Part shown: piece after piece, positions 27,201-39,877 of the stretch
How the letters are laid out: every line of letters begins with the position of its first letter
Numbering within the stretch: position 1 is the first letter of the stretch
Origin: Eledone cirrhosa
Taxonomy: Eukaryota
Length of the DNA stretch: 64,000 bases
Assembly: GCA_964016885.1 (NCBI GenBank)
Contig: OZ024744.1
Location: 43,152,001-43,216,000 of the forward strand
Direction: 5' to 3'
Notes under the pieces: generated by a model
Told to the model about the DNA's origin: nothing
The model's database searches: none
Seen by the model: the letters and a program-made list of their open reading frames with translations, nothing else
Position numbers and translations under genes: made by a program

Positions 27201-29270
27201 TATTGTAGTGTGGTGTGGTATATTGCAGTGTGGTGTGGTATATTGTAGTGTAGTGTGATATATTGTAGTGTGGTGTGGTATATTGTTGTGTGGAGTAGTA
27301 TATTGTAGTGTGGTGTGGTATATTCGAGTGTGGAGGGATATAGTGTAGTATGGTGTGGTATAGTGTAATGTGGTGTGGGATAGTGTAGTATGGTGTGGTA
27401 TATTGTAGTGTGGTGTGGTATATTGTAGTGTGGAGTGGTATAGTGTAGTGTGGTGTGGTATATTGTTGTGTGATGTGGTATATTGTAGTGTGGTGTGGTA
27501 TATTGTAGTGTGATATATTGCAGTATGGATTTGCATATTGTAGTGTGGTTTGGTATATTGTAGTGTAATGTGGTATATTGTAGTGTAGTGTGGTATATTG
27601 TAGTGCGGCGTGGTATATTGTAGTGTGGCGTGATATAGTGTTGTATATTGTAGTGTGCTGTGATATAGTGTAGTGTAATGTGATATATTGTAGTATGATG
27701 TCATATATTGTAGTATGGTATGATATATTGTAGTGTGGTGTGGTATAGTGTAGTGTGGTGTGCTATATTGTAGTGTGATGTGGTATATTGTAGCATGGAG
27801 TGGTATAGTGTAGAGTAGTGTCGATATAGTGTAGTGTAATGTGATATATTGTAGCATGATGTCATATATTGTATTATGGTGTGGTATATTGTAGTGTGGA
27901 GTGGTATATCGTAGTGTGGTGTGGTATATTGTAGTGGGGAGTGGTATATTGTAGTGTGGCATGATATAGTGTTGTATATTGTAGTGTGGTGTGGTATATT
28001 GAAGTGTGGTGTGATATATAGTAGTGTGGTGTGGGATACTGTAGTGTGGTGTGGTATATTGTAGTGTGGTGTGGTATATTGTAGTGCGGTGTGATATATT
28101 GTAGTGTGGTGGTATAGTGTAGTATGATGTGATATATCGTAGTGTGGAGTGGTATGGTGCAGTGTTGTGTGATATATTGTAGTGTGGTATGATATATTGA
28201 AGTACAGTGCGATATATTGTAGTGTGGAGTGGTATATTGTCGGGTGGAGTGGTATAGTGTAGTGTGGAGTGGTTTAGCGTGGTGTGGTATATTGTAATAT
28301 GATGTGATATATTGTAGTGTGGTGTGGTATATTGTTGTGTGATGTGATATATTGTAATGTGGAGTGGTACAGTGTAGAGTAGTGTCGATATATTGTAGTG
28401 TGGTGTGGTATATTGTAACATGGAGTGATATAGTGTAGAGTAGTGTCGATATATTCTAGTGTGCTGTGATATAGTGTAGTGTAATGTGATATATTGTAGT
28501 ATGATGTCATATATTGTAGTATGGTATGATATATTGTAGTGTGGTGTGGTATAGTGTAGTGTGGTGTGCTATATTGTAGTGTGATGTGGTATATTGTAGC
28601 ATGGAGTGGTATAGTGTAGAGTAGTGTCGATATAGTGTAGTGTAATGTGATATATTGTAGCATGATGTCATATATTGTATTATGGTGTGGTATATTGTAG
28701 TGTGGAGTGGTATATCGTAGTGTGGTGTGGTATATTGTAGTGGGGATTGGTATAGTGTAGTGTAGTGTGATGTGATATATTGCAGTCTGGAGTGTTATAG
28801 TTTAGTGTGGAGTGGAATAGTATAGTGTGGTCTGGTATACTGTAGTTTGGTGTGATATACTGTATTGCGGTGTGGTATACTGTAGTGTGATGTGATATAG
28901 TGTAGTGTAGTGTGGTATATTGTAGTGTGGTGTGGTATATTGTAATGTGGTGTGGTATATTGTAATGTGGTGTGGTATATTGTAGTATGGTGTGATATAG
29001 TGTAGTGTGGTGTGATATATTGTAGTGTGGTGTGGTATACTGTAGTTTGGTGTGATATATTGTAGTGTGGTGTGATATAGTGTAGTGTGGTGTGGTATAA
29101 TGTAGTGTGGTGTGGTATAGTGTAGTGTGATTTGATATATTGTAGTGTGGTGTGATATATTGTAATGTGGTGTGGTATATTGTAGCATGGTGTGATATAG
29201 TGTAGTGTAGTGTGATATATGGTAGTGTCATGTGATATATTGTAGTGTGATGTGATATACTGTAGTAGGT
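6228..29270. repeat. 23-kb satellite array, 20-bp monomer GTGTGGTATATTGTAGTGTG built from 5-bp subunits, with higher-order repeats
   Basis: Continuous tandem monomers; the plus strand is G/T-rich and almost C-free. Landmark variants recur (TTTGCCATATGTTAATGTAATGAATG, GCAGTATGGATTAGC). Duplications at offsets of about 1124 bp and 5745 bp. Confidence 0.98.
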
Positions 29271-29684
29271 TGTTGTGTATCTGACCTTGATCTAGCCTGT
29301 GTTTTGTTTACATTGTATATTGTGGAACATTTGTTTCTGTAAATATCTATAACATACACCTCCTCATGTCAAGATTGCTTTTTCCTATTTGGGACTTGGT
29401 ACTCCGAAGGTCTGTTCTGGAATGTTCTGGTGGGAATCTCTGTTAGCTTTTGTGTAATTTTGTGTGTGAGTCTGTGTGTATGTGTGTGTACTGGTGTATT
29501 TATATAACTGTGTGTCTTTGTAAAGACATATTTACATATATACATCGAAGGTGTGTGCGATGCTGATACCGCTGAGCCCTCTAACCTTGGGAGTACTGAA
29601 TACTTTGATAGATTCAGAGTGGGTATAGAGATAGATAAAGTCAGGACCGCGTCACCAGCCGATACCGCTTGGCACCACGTTTTG

Positions 29685-29864
29685 GCAGACTACCTATAAT
29701 AACACCATGTCTGCCAGTATCAAAGACCGAATATAAGAAATTGACAGCGAAGATGCGCACGCATTGACACATCACCATCCCAACTACTCTGGTATAGAAG
29801 AACTGCCTCGACCTTTGTCTGACTGTAGCTATTCTGCACGAACGCGCGCCCTACATAGTAGTTC
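29685..29864 (+). repeat. 5' pLTR copy (about 180 bp)
   Basis: Clearly alignable with 32118-32296 (GCAGACTACCTATAATAACACCATG...GTAGTTC). Confidence 0.9.
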
Positions 29865-30589
29865 AGTTACCCGGAGATTTACCCATCTGCATTGTTGAGG
29901 CTTCCAAAACGGCCAATTTTATTCTTCCACAATCCTTCAAGTAAACTTCAACACTCTCTTATCCCTACACCTGAGCCAGGAATTGTTTGCATCCGTAAGG
30001 GAACGACGAGCTGGAACTCCTACGCCTCGGTCCCAAGTTCATCGTCACCTAGCGGCTTGATGAAAGACATAAAATCGACATCGAAGCCAACTTGTGCCAA
30101 ATCGCCTACCAGCTTAAATGGGTGACCGCCATCAACAGCACCACGGAGAATGACGGCACCCACACAACCCGTCCCAAGTTCCCCACTTAATACCCCGACA
30201 ACCCATTCAAACCCCACCTACCAACCACGAACTCGACACGAAACTCATCAGGTTGAAACACTCCATCTCTGAAATCCTACATAAACACACACACGCACAA
30301 CACACATCCTCACTAAATCTCAACTCACCACTCTCTCCAACATAAAATCGAGGACCTCATCTACCTCCCCCTGACAAGGAAAAAGAATTCAGCGTCATCA
30401 GCAGAGAGGCCTAAAACACCCTGGCCCTCCAACACCTTGACTATGACAGTCTCTACTCTAAAGTCACAGGATCACTCCCGCGCAGATCGAGGAGCACATC
30501 AGCACCGCCTGGACCAACATGTGCGACTGGCAGAACCTCCCGAAGTAGCTTAAAAACAACCTCCTCACAAGGAACAGCAGACTACACGC

Positions 30590-31965
30590 CTTCTATCACC
30601 TCGTGAAAACCCACAAACAGGGACCCGACCTGAAAATCAGGCCTATTGTATCGAGCGTGGAAGGACCGCTCTACAAAATTTCATGGCTTCTAGTCAAAAT
30701 ATTTAAACCCCTACTGAACACCTTGCCGGGACACGTCAACAGTTCCGAGGGAGTGGTGGAGCGTCTACACCAAATGGATGCCGACACCCGAAAGGCTAAC
30801 AGGTACGCCTTCAGCCTTGAGGTGGTCGCCTTCTACACCTCGGTCCCGGCTGTCGGCATACTGACAGAATGTGTCCAGTCCACCAACGTACACTGCTTCG
30901 GGCTTACCCCCACTGACATCCACCAGCTCCTATCCGTTGTCGTTGACAACACATATTTCAATTTTCTCGACCAAACATACCAACAGACCTTAGGGCTGCC
31001 CAAGGGCTCAAGACTGTCAGGTGTGCTAGTGATCTTGTACATGGACAGCCTCGAGTGCAAGGCACTCAGCACCTGCCACCCCAACGCCGTCGCCTTCTTC
31101 TCAAGATACGTGGATGATATCCTCATCCTCACATCTTCCCAGGAGATGGCAAAAGGTATTTACGAGACGTTCAGCAACACGGACGAGAATATTGACTTCA
31201 GTGTTGAACACCCCAATGACGACGGGTCCCTTGCCCTCCTCGACTTCCGAATCAACATCACAGAGCATGGAGGTATCAACACCAACTTCTACCGCAAGGC
31301 AGCCTGTAGGGACTTGTTCGTCTACTACAAATCTGCCCTCACTAACAGTGCTAAAAGAGGGTACATCACGAACGGGATCATGCGGATTAAAAATAGATTC
31401 AGAGATCCCGTGAGTGGTGTTGCCCATACCAAGCGGTTCCACATGGTGCTGGGAGACGAATGGATACCCAGCATCATTTACAAGCAGAATAAGGGACACC
31501 AGACCAAAGAGGCAGAGAAACACCCAAGGCAAGTGCTTCCTTAAAATCCTGCACCTGGGCGAGAAAAGCACCAACGCTATCCACAGAGCCATACGGAGGG
31601 AGGGTCTCGACATCTACTTGGCCCACTCGGGGCCCTCCCTACGGAGATGCCTCTCCAGGAAACCAGAAAAATTGGCTGACGCGTGTTCCCTCAGCAACTG
31701 TCCGATGTGCCAGAGGAACTGTTGCTTACGCACGTACGTCGTATACAAGGTAGAATGTGACAAGTGTAACGTCTTCTACATCAGTAGCACCATCTGGCCA
31801 CTACATGTCCAGATCAAGGAACACATCAACACTAGGGCCTGGTCTTTCTGGAAACATATAATCAAATGCAGAAACAAAGACGGAAAGCTCATTGTCATAG
31901 TGTTAGCGACGGAGCACAACGTCAGCTCTTTAAGAATCTAGGAAGCACATTGGATCAAACGCCTC
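30590..31965 (+). pseudogene. PLE reverse transcriptase + GIY-YIG endonuclease (frameshifted)
   Basis: KTHK..KIRPIVS, FSLEVVAFYTSVP, YQQTLGLPKGSRLS, RYVDDIL, LALLDF, FYRK; then VVYKVECDKCNVFYISSTIWPLHVQIKEH. Confidence 0.92.
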
Positions 31966-32117
31966 GGACTACAAATAAATAACCGATCCGAGAAAAGTGA
32001 GGCGAGATGGCTGGTGTAACAAATGAAACAACAACAACACACACACAGTAGCAATCGAGAGATCGTTATTGTGTATATATCGAGTCCACCACCCACCGAC
32101 TGACAGACAACAAGCAA

Positions 32118-32296
32118 GCAGACTACCTATAATAACACCATGCCTGTCAGTATCAAAGACCGAATATAAGAAATTGACAGCGAAGATACGTACGCATTGA
32201 CACATCACCGCCCCACTACTCTGGTATAGAAGAATTGCCTCAACCTTAGTCTGACTGCAGCTATTCCACGCGCACGCGCATCCTACAGAGTAGTTC
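32118..32296 (+). repeat. 3' pLTR copy (about 180 bp)
   Basis: Direct repeat of 29685-29864, downstream of the GIY-YIG end. Confidence 0.9.
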
Positions 32297-32386
32297 GGTC
32301 GTATGTATGCATACGGTAAACAACAGAGGCCACGTGTTGACCCTCTCCGACAAAAAAAAAACAACAAAACTTTCCCCCTCGGAAAG

Positions 32387-32422
32387 CCCCCAGTTGATGG
32401 ATGCGAAATCCAAAATATAGGG
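32387..32422 (+). ncRNA. Degenerate minimal hammerhead ribozyme candidate in PLE 3' end
   Basis: CCC-CAGTTGA-TGGAT(gcgaa)ATCCA-AAA..GGG: stems I and II pair but both core boxes are mutated. Followed by AATTAAA and AGGTAA, as in pLTRs. Confidence 0.35.
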
Positions 32423-32499
32423 ACAATTAAATCACTTCCAAGGTAACTTCTCTCTCTCGATACGTAAATACTGTATATATATATATATATATATATAAG

Positions 32500-32745
32500 T
32501 ATTGAAGTTTCCGTTGAAAATTGAAAAAATCAGAGGAATGAAGAGTGCTCTATGTAAGTTGCAGAGGTAAATATTTAATGTATAATAATCAATACAATTT
32601 AATTACCTCATTACCAGAGTTTTCCCGAATAAGACGAATACTAGAAACTCCACATTCGTTCGTAAGACAAGGCAATTTAAAATATTGAAATATTTGAAAA
32701 ATCCCCCCAAGAAAGGCTAAAAGTTTAACGAGCAAAAAAAAAAAA
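32500..32745 (-). mobile_element. Naiad-type PLE pLTR/tail fragment (inverted homolog of 38720-38885)
   Basis: 32575-32740 is a diverged reverse complement of 38720-38885. Abuts (TA)n at 32476-32497. Confidence 0.6.
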
Positions 32746-33365
32746 AGTAATAATACAAGAAATGTATTAAAAAAAAAGAAGAAATATAGTAAGGGGATGT
32801 GTGTATATGCACATACATATGTACATGTGTGTGTATGTACAACTACATGTGTATAGTGAAAAAAATGTGTACGTAAGTACATACATGAGGGCAAATATAT
32901 TAGTGTATGTGTGACCACAAATATATATATATATATTGAAAATAGAAATTGTAAGATAATGGAGTTAGCGTACATACAGACTCAGGGACTAAGGGCAGAA
33001 ATATATACACATACAAGGATGAAAGGACGCACGCGTATACACATACACACACGCGCAACCACATACATGTATGTGGTATATACAGGGAAGGGAGTGTATA
33101 AAGTCAACGCAGTGTCAGACACAAGGTCGATACAAATATAAAATATGATGAATAAATGAAATAATATATAAGATAAGAATAAAAAATTATGGCAAAGAGA
33201 AATTAAGTGGGAGGGGTTGTAATATATAAAGTAACACTAGAAAAAATAAATAAAAAGTAGAAAACATGCATATACGCGAACAAGCTCATACACACATACA
33301 TATATATAAATATATATACATAGACAAAAACACGTGCAAAAAAGCATACATACACATACACGCAG

Positions 33366-33396
<31 letters not shown>

Positions 33397-33479
33397 CATA
33401 TATATATATATACATACATGCACATCTATTCACACGCACGCACGCGACCATATATATATATATAACACTAACAACTTTG

Positions 33480-35066
33480 ATATCACAATGGGATCTGCGG
33501 ACTCTGCTCAGGTAACTGATTTGGTCGAACTTTACCTAATCCATGAACTCCATAAGCCACTTCCATACCTATGCGGTGGTTTATACTGAGATGATGCCCT
33601 CCTTATCCTTGAGCATAAAAAATTCACTTAATATTACGATAGATAAGAATAATAAAACAGTAAATTTCTTGGATGCAACACTTGATCTAGAAAATAGGAT
33701 TTAGACACCATATAATGAACCTAATGAGAGACTAACTTATGTACATGCTGAATCCAACTACCCTAAATCTGCACTGAATGCTATTGTTAAGGGAGTATCT
33801 AATAGGATCAGCCGTTTATCATGTAGTGAAGATATTTTCAACTCTAATGTAGATTATTATAATGTTGCATTAGCTTAGTGTGGATATAAAAATAAACTAT
33901 TTTACGTACCTGCTAACTCCCAATCCACCGTAGCTAGGCATAATAATGTGATTACGCATAATATGTCTTTAAATTATAATGATAAAAGTAATACAACTCT
34001 AGATAGGACAAATGTTGTGATTAGCTCAGCTCAGCCTAGACTTAATGGCCCTATTATGAAACCTCTAAATACTTCTAATGGTTACACTAATGGAAGTGCT
34101 GTAAGATTTGGAAAACACACTCATAATAGAATATTAGATAGACATATTGACCTATGTAATGGGAGAATTTCACCACCAATTTATGGTGGACTTAGTTCTG
34201 TATGCGTAGGGGAGAGTAGTAGCCCTAGTGTGAACCGGACTGTAGTGGGGAAAAATAGAAAAAATAGAAGAAGGAACACCTTTTTTTATGCCACCATACA
34301 ACTCTGAGGTCTTAACTAATATACCAAAAACATTCTTCTTAATCCTAGAAAAAAACTTCCCGCCGGGTAGCAGATACCATAGTACATTCAATAAAAACAC
34401 AATTAAATTATCGTACTCCACTACACCAAACCTAGCTTACCACTTGGCACGTACTAATAATCAGAAAATTAGTGTAGGTTTTGAAAATATTAAAACTGTG
34501 AGTAACCAACAGCAACCTAAAACATTGGCTAGTGCGGTACCGCAGATCGGTGACATCACATCTGTTGAACACATTACAAGTCAAATGGGTTTGAACAATA
34601 GGCCATCCCAAGGTATGAATAACGACACATACCGTAGTTGTAATTATAGAAGGAGTGGAAATTGCCCTTTAAAAGGCAATTGCCTTATGAGGAATATTGT
34701 TTATGCATGTGATGTTGTAACAACAACTTCAACTAAGACATATGTGGGTTCTACCTCTACAGCTTTTAAAAGTAGATTTAACTCCTACAATTATACTTTT
34801 AGATATGATAGGCTTAAAAATGCTACCTTCCTTAGCTAAATATATTCACTCTTTAAAATATGATGGTATAGATTATACACTCAATTGGAGGTTGGTAACT
34901 AAATCGACACCCTACCGCCCCGATCAAAACTTGTAACCTCTGCCTGCTTGAGTCTCATGCCATAGTTTACTCTAACTGCGAATTACTGAATAGGAAATCT
35001 GAGATTTTCTCATCTTGTATTCACATGAAACTTCATTCATTTTACCACTATAAACCTATTACTTAG
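33480..35066 (+). pseudogene. Naiad-type PLE, 5'-truncated RT C-terminus + GIY-YIG endonuclease
   Basis: GGLY*DDAL (YRDD-type), NFLDATLDL, YVHAESNYP, RRRN..PPYNSEV..IKLSYSTTPN, CPLKGNCL..IVYAC..YVGST..FKSRF, CNLCL, LLNRKSEIFSSC. Contains stops and frameshifts. Confidence 0.88.
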
Positions 35067-35124
35067 CTCTGCTGATGTATCACTCCTCCTTGTACAGTAC
35101 CGCTGCTTAACCCTATTGAATTCA

Positions 35125-36640
35125 TAGTGTGTATATTGGTATAGTCTACTGTGGTGTGGTTTTGAATGTTTGGGGTGGTGTAATTAGTGTGGCTCTGGTG
35201 TACTTTAGTGTGGGTGTATCTGGGTGTGGTCTAGTGTATTGTGGTATAATATGTGTGATATAGTGTAGTGTAGTGCGCGGTGATGAAGGATGGTGTGGAG
35301 AGGTGTGGTGTACAGAGATGTGGTGTGATACTTGTATTTTATTGTAGTGTAATGATGTATTGAGTGGTGAACTGTGATGTATCTTATCGAGCTATTTGTG
35401 CTGTACTATGGTATGGACATAGGCGATGTTGTGTACTGAAGTGTAAGATAGTTTTATTTAGTTAGGTCCTTGTAAGGGATGATGTGGTGTTGTATATTTA
35501 GATACTGTATAGTGCAGTGTGGTTTGGTGTACTATCCAATGTTGCTTAGCATTATGGTTTGGTGTTGTGTAATGTAATACAGTATCCTGTGGTGTAGTTG
35601 ATAGGGTCATGTGACGTATTGCGGTGTACTTGATTTGATTTGTTCTGGAGTGTATAGGCATACTGTAGTAGGGGTGATGACATTGGTGTGGTTGAATCGA
35701 ATGTTTGCAATTTGGTGGGATGTAGTGTAGTATAGCTAGGTGTTGGGTAGTATGAATAGGTGTCCAGTGGATTAGTAGGGTGGAGTGTAATGTAGTGTTA
35801 TGATGTGATGTGCTGTATCGTGATGATTGAAATAAGGTGTCGGACATTGTTGCCACTGGGGCAGCTTCAGTTGCTATACTCACTGGACTAAGGTGTGGAA
35901 TAATATAGTCTGCAGTGGTGAGTTTTTGAGTTTGGAGGGGTGTGAGAAGTATGTGGTTGTGTTGTGTGGTATGAGGTGATGTGGCTGTGTATGGTGAAGT
36001 GGGATCTAGTGTGTAGTAATGTAGTGCAGCGTGGTGAGGAGTGGGGTATTTTAGTGTGATGTGATGTATTGTAGTGTAGGGTGGTGTAAGGGAATTTGGT
36101 ATGATTTGCTGAGGTGTGGTGAGGTGTAGTATTATGTAGTGTTTGTAATTTTGTGAGGATTGGGTATGGCGGTGGGGTGTTTTTAGTGTTGTAGTCTGGT
36201 GTACTGTGGTTTGGTGTGGTGTTGTGTGGTGTAACGCGGTCTAATTTTTCCCAATATTGAAGTACGTAGTTTGAGGTTGGATATGTTGTACTGGTCCTGG
36301 GGCAGTGAAGTGGATGGGGTATACAGTAGTATAATGCTTCAAGGAGTGGTAGTTTATAACGGTGTGTGGTGTGGCGTGGTATATAGTGATTGAATCGGTG
36401 GAGCGGTATGGCGTGGTGTGGTTTGGTTGTCTGAGGGATTGGTGTGGTGTGATGTGGTGGAGTATTGCGGTGTCTATTGGTTTAGAGGTGATATCCTGTA
36501 GTTTAGTGTTATGGTGTGTATTGTATTGTAGTTTGGAAGGGGTGTGATGTGGTTAGATCTACCATGGTATAGTGGGCTATGTGGTGGGATGTGCGTTAGT
36601 GTGGTGTTGGTGGGGTAGGGACTGGGGGGAGGTAGGATGG
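35125..36640. repeat. Highly degenerate remnant of the GTGTG/GTRTR pentamer satellite
   Basis: Same G/T strand bias and 5-bp periodicity (GTGTGGTGTGG, TAGTGTAGTG) as the 23-kb array, but much more diverged. Confidence 0.8.
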
Positions 36641-36879
36641 GGTGAAGTTACTGAACTTATAATTATACTACTTATATTCATTTCTCTTTAATCTGATATT
36701 GGTCTGAATTAAATACCTATTAGATGAATAATCAGAGTTATCCCCCTTTCATTCACATCCTGAGTACAACGTCATCTCTTTAACAGCTGAAACATCATCA
36801 TTTAATGTACACAGAGACCACATGAGAACTACGTTTTTCTGTAACAACTAAGACGTCATCAATTTATGTACACAGAGTT

Positions 36880-37051
36880 CAGTGGCGCTAAATAAAGTAA
36901 AATGCTCTAAGCCAGTTACGGCCCTTGCCATTTTGAGTTCAAATTCCACCGAGGTTAACGTTTCCTTTCTTCCTTACGGGGTGATAAAATAAAGTACCAG
37001 TAATGTACTGGATAATTTGCTGGCCTTGTGCCAATAGTAGAAACAATTATT
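36880..37051 (+). mobile_element. tRNA-derived SINE (Meta-domain-like core), decayed
   Basis: B-box GAGTTCAAATTCC, core CCTTACGGGGTGATAAAATAAAGTACCAG, 3' TGGCCTTGTGCCAATAGTAGAAACAATTATT. Homolog of 57325-57511. Confidence 0.8.
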
Positions 37052-37464
37052 TTAATTTAATTTTAGTGGTATGATGACTGTATTTGTAATTTTATCTTTA
37101 TTTTGTATCTATTCCATTTCATCTCTGATTATATATTTGAATTTGACCATTTTTAGAAAACATGCTAAGATATTTAGTGTATTTAACAATTGGTACACGA
37201 GTGCTGATTTCCGTTTTTTTTTGTTTAGACTCGTTGGTTGTGCTGATCGTTTTTGCTGTGACCTGAAGTTCTATTCACATGTTGGTGACAGAATTGTGTG
37301 TGGTGAATTGGCTTGAAATGATTCTTGAACAAGGTTTTAATGTTGACCTGTGATTTTCTGCATGGAGTGGTTGTTCATTGTAGTAATCCAGCATGCATTT
37401 TCTTGAGTTATGATGTAATTGTTACGCTTAATATACTACTACGTATATTTAACCAGTGACCATA

Positions 37465-37500
<36 letters not shown>

Positions 37501-37503
<3 letters not shown>

Positions 37504-38407
37504 TGTTATACTTGGGGAGGGTCATATTTGGGTAATAATAATACCACAATTAATAACAGAACACACTCGCTGTTTGGTTGGTTTTCGCTTCTGTGTCTTT
37601 TATATCGGTTAATTTAATTTATTCGGTCCTCAGTGTTACCATTGACTGACCAACGGTCAAAAATACAGATACAATATAGACACAAACACATATATATAGT
37701 CTAAAAAAATTCTTTCGTTGCAAATCTGCAACATCGTCAGTGGTGCCATTATGTTTCCTCCCGTTGTATTGTATGCCTACGCCATGTTTATTTAGTCTGT
37801 TTATTTATTTATTTATTTGTTTATTTGCGTGTGTGTATAGCGTTTTGTTTGATGTGTGTTCGTGTTTGGGTGACTGTGTGTTGGTTATTGTATTCTATCT
37901 TAGTTAACTAGTGTGTGTTTATGTGTGTTTGTTGTTATTGTGCTTGTATATGTATTTATTTATTTATTTATACTTCTCTTAGGCCAGTGTTGTTTGTTTG
38001 GGTGTTGTTGTTATTCCATTCATTTTTCTGTTTAGCCTTGGCCTTCTAAGTTCTATTTCGCTGGCCTCTCTGATTTGCCTATCTGCTGGATCATTTCTAT
38101 GTTTAGATATTATTCTAATTTCTCTGTTGTCTATGTTACCGTCGTGTTGTTGTCTGGTATGTTCGTATAGTACTATACGAACATGCCAACGAAAGAACTT
38201 TGTTAGACTATATATATGTGTTTGTATCTATATTGTATCTGTATTTTTGACCGTTGGTCAGTCAATGGTAACATTGAGGACCGAATTAATTAAATTAACC
38301 GATGTAAAAGACACAGAAGCGAAAAACCAACCAAACAGTGAGTGTGTTCTGTTATTAATTCTGGCAATATTATTACACAAATATGACCAACCCCAAGTAT
38401 AACAATA
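37501..38407 (-). mobile_element. 5'-truncated Neptune-type PLE with about 220-bp inverted terminal repeat
   Basis: Minus 38160-38010 reads HTRQQHDG..IISKHRNDPADRQIREASEIELRRPRLNRK(x)EW, a GIY-YIG C-terminus. 37501-37720 is an inverted repeat of 38187-38407. Next to (TA)n. Confidence 0.8.
37700..37743 (-). ncRNA. Hammerhead ribozyme candidate
   Basis: The minus strand reads CCA-CTGACGA-T-GTTGC(agattt)GCAAC-GAAA-GAATT: intact CUGANGA and GAAA boxes and a perfect 5-bp stem II. Stem III and the cleavage triplet are degenerate. Confidence 0.6.
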
Positions 38408-38408
38408 T

Positions 38409-38882
38409 TTGTTTCGACACACGATTTCATATCAAAAACCTCGCAAAACTAATTCATCGCCGTTATATCCAAATAAAAAAATCCAATATTTTTCACTTAT
38501 GCATAGTGCGCATCTTCTTGTTCCTCTTGCGTATTCTTTAGATTGGTTCAAAATTGACCAATCTAATTCATATTGGATACCTTGGTCCTTCATATCCCAT
38601 ATTCTGCTAGCCAGAGCTGTTGTAAATCTTTTTTCAGGATGTCGGAAAGATGCGACATGTGAGTAATATCGCATTTTGAATTTGTTTTGTGTCATACCCA
38701 CACACAAAATCACACTTATTTTTTTCTTGCCCGTTAAACTTTTAGCCTTTCTTGAGATTTTTAAAATATTTCACTGTTTTAAATTGCCTTGTCTGACGAA
38801 CGAATGCGGACGTTTCTTGTATTCGTCTTATTCGGGAAAGCTCCGGTAAAGAGGTAATTATATTGTATTGTTTATTATACAT

Positions 38883-38885
<3 letters not shown>
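38409..38885 (-). mobile_element. Naiad-type PLE GIY-YIG fragment with inverted pLTR at its 5' side
   Basis: ORF 38432-38713: VGMTQNKFKMRYYSH..SFRH..TALASRIW.MK..WSIL..Y....RRCALCISEK. 38720-38885 is a plus-strand pLTR-like piece ending in (TA)n. Confidence 0.8.
38786..38855 (+). ncRNA. Hammerhead ribozyme candidate (extended stem II)
   Basis: CCTTGT-CTGACGA-ACGAATGC...GTATTCGT...GAAA-GCTCCGGTA-AAGAGG. A diverged copy lies on the minus strand at about 32605-32672. Confidence 0.4.
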
Positions 38886-38930
<45 letters not shown>

Positions 38931-39716
38931 TAAACAGAACATGATGGAGAAACAAAACACACTTATCAAAATTATTTATTCTTTACATAATGTTTCATAT
39001 ATAAATATAAGCTAACACAGCGAATTTTAAAATAAATAGATGAATGTATAAATATATGGAAAATCTGAAGAAGTATTAATGAATTTTATCTTCCATTTGT
39101 CGATATCTCAGCTCCTCTCTCTTTCAATCTCTCTCTCTCTCGCTTTTTGTCTACTCGTCACGACCCCTCCCACTCACTCACTCTGGTGTTTGATGTTGAT
39201 GAGAGTAGGAGGAGGTAAATGGTTTTCATGCTATCTTTCACCAATACTCAAATGAAATTATATATATATATATATATATATATACGCAAGGGTCAACAAA
39301 CACACACCCCAAAAACAAAGTGCATCCCTCCTTACTTTAGCAAGGATAGAGGGGACCCTAACAAAGCAGTCGAAAAACAGAATGCTGGAGTCTGAAGGAA
39401 AGGACAATTAATGTTTAAAAGAAACTAAGAAAGCAAGTTACGCTAAACAACTTTTGGTCTATGTTATAAAGTCCTCTCATCTTTAAATTTATACAAGGTG
39501 CTTTTTCTTTTATTTCAGGCAGAGGGCGTGAGTGTGATTGGTAGAGAGGAGAGAGCGAAGGTCACAGCAATAAATATCATAAATATGAATGAGAGGAGGG
39601 GCTGTATGGTTACTGATAACGGGTGTTAGAAGGTAAGGAGACACAAACTAGAGGTGGACAGTCTCCCTTCCTATATATATGTGTGTGTGTGTACATATAT
39701 ATATATATATATATAT

Positions 39717-39877
39717 AACGAAGGAAATGTGGTAAGGAACCAGGTGGACCATAACGCACCAAAGTACTCAATACTTAGGGTAGTAGAGTGGGTAATAAAA
39801 AGTAAGACCCCGACGGCTAATTCTGGACTGGTCAGAATTAGCCGTCGAAACGGCTTGAGCTCAGCCGTCGGGGTCTT

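Larger units (their letters stand above)
29685..32475 (+). mobile_element. Penelope/Poseidon-type Penelope-like element (PLE), decayed, with direct-repeat pLTRs
   Basis: N-terminal ELELLRLGPKF (about 30007) and DKG motif (about 30373), then RT and GIY-YIG. Direct repeats 29685-29864 and 32118-32296. Ends at (TA)n. Confidence 0.9.

Noticed and set aside
6620-29231. Many His/Thr/Tyr-rich minus-strand ORFs up to 427 aa (HTTIYHTTLQYTTPHYNIP)
   Set aside because: By-products of a 20-bp monomer whose C/A-rich strand rarely forms stops. All three frames give the same cyclic peptide, and 4-5-bp indels are common.
6228-29270. Landmark motifs separated by variable stretches, superficially CRISPR-like or telomere-like
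   Set aside because: The intervening sequence is satellite monomer, not unique spacers. There are no cas genes and the context is eukaryotic. The unit is not TTAGGG.
32589-33589. ORFs rich in YIYI/VCMY (also near 38.9, 39.7, 43.6, 55.8, 56.8 and 58.5 kb)
   Set aside because: Translations of (TA)n/(TG)n/(TATG)n microsatellites.
33575-33600. In-frame TGA in the Naiad RT motif (GLY*DD) as possible selenocysteine
   Set aside because: The position corresponds to the Arg of YRDD. CGA>TGA CpG decay in a copy with other stops and frameshifts is the simpler explanation.
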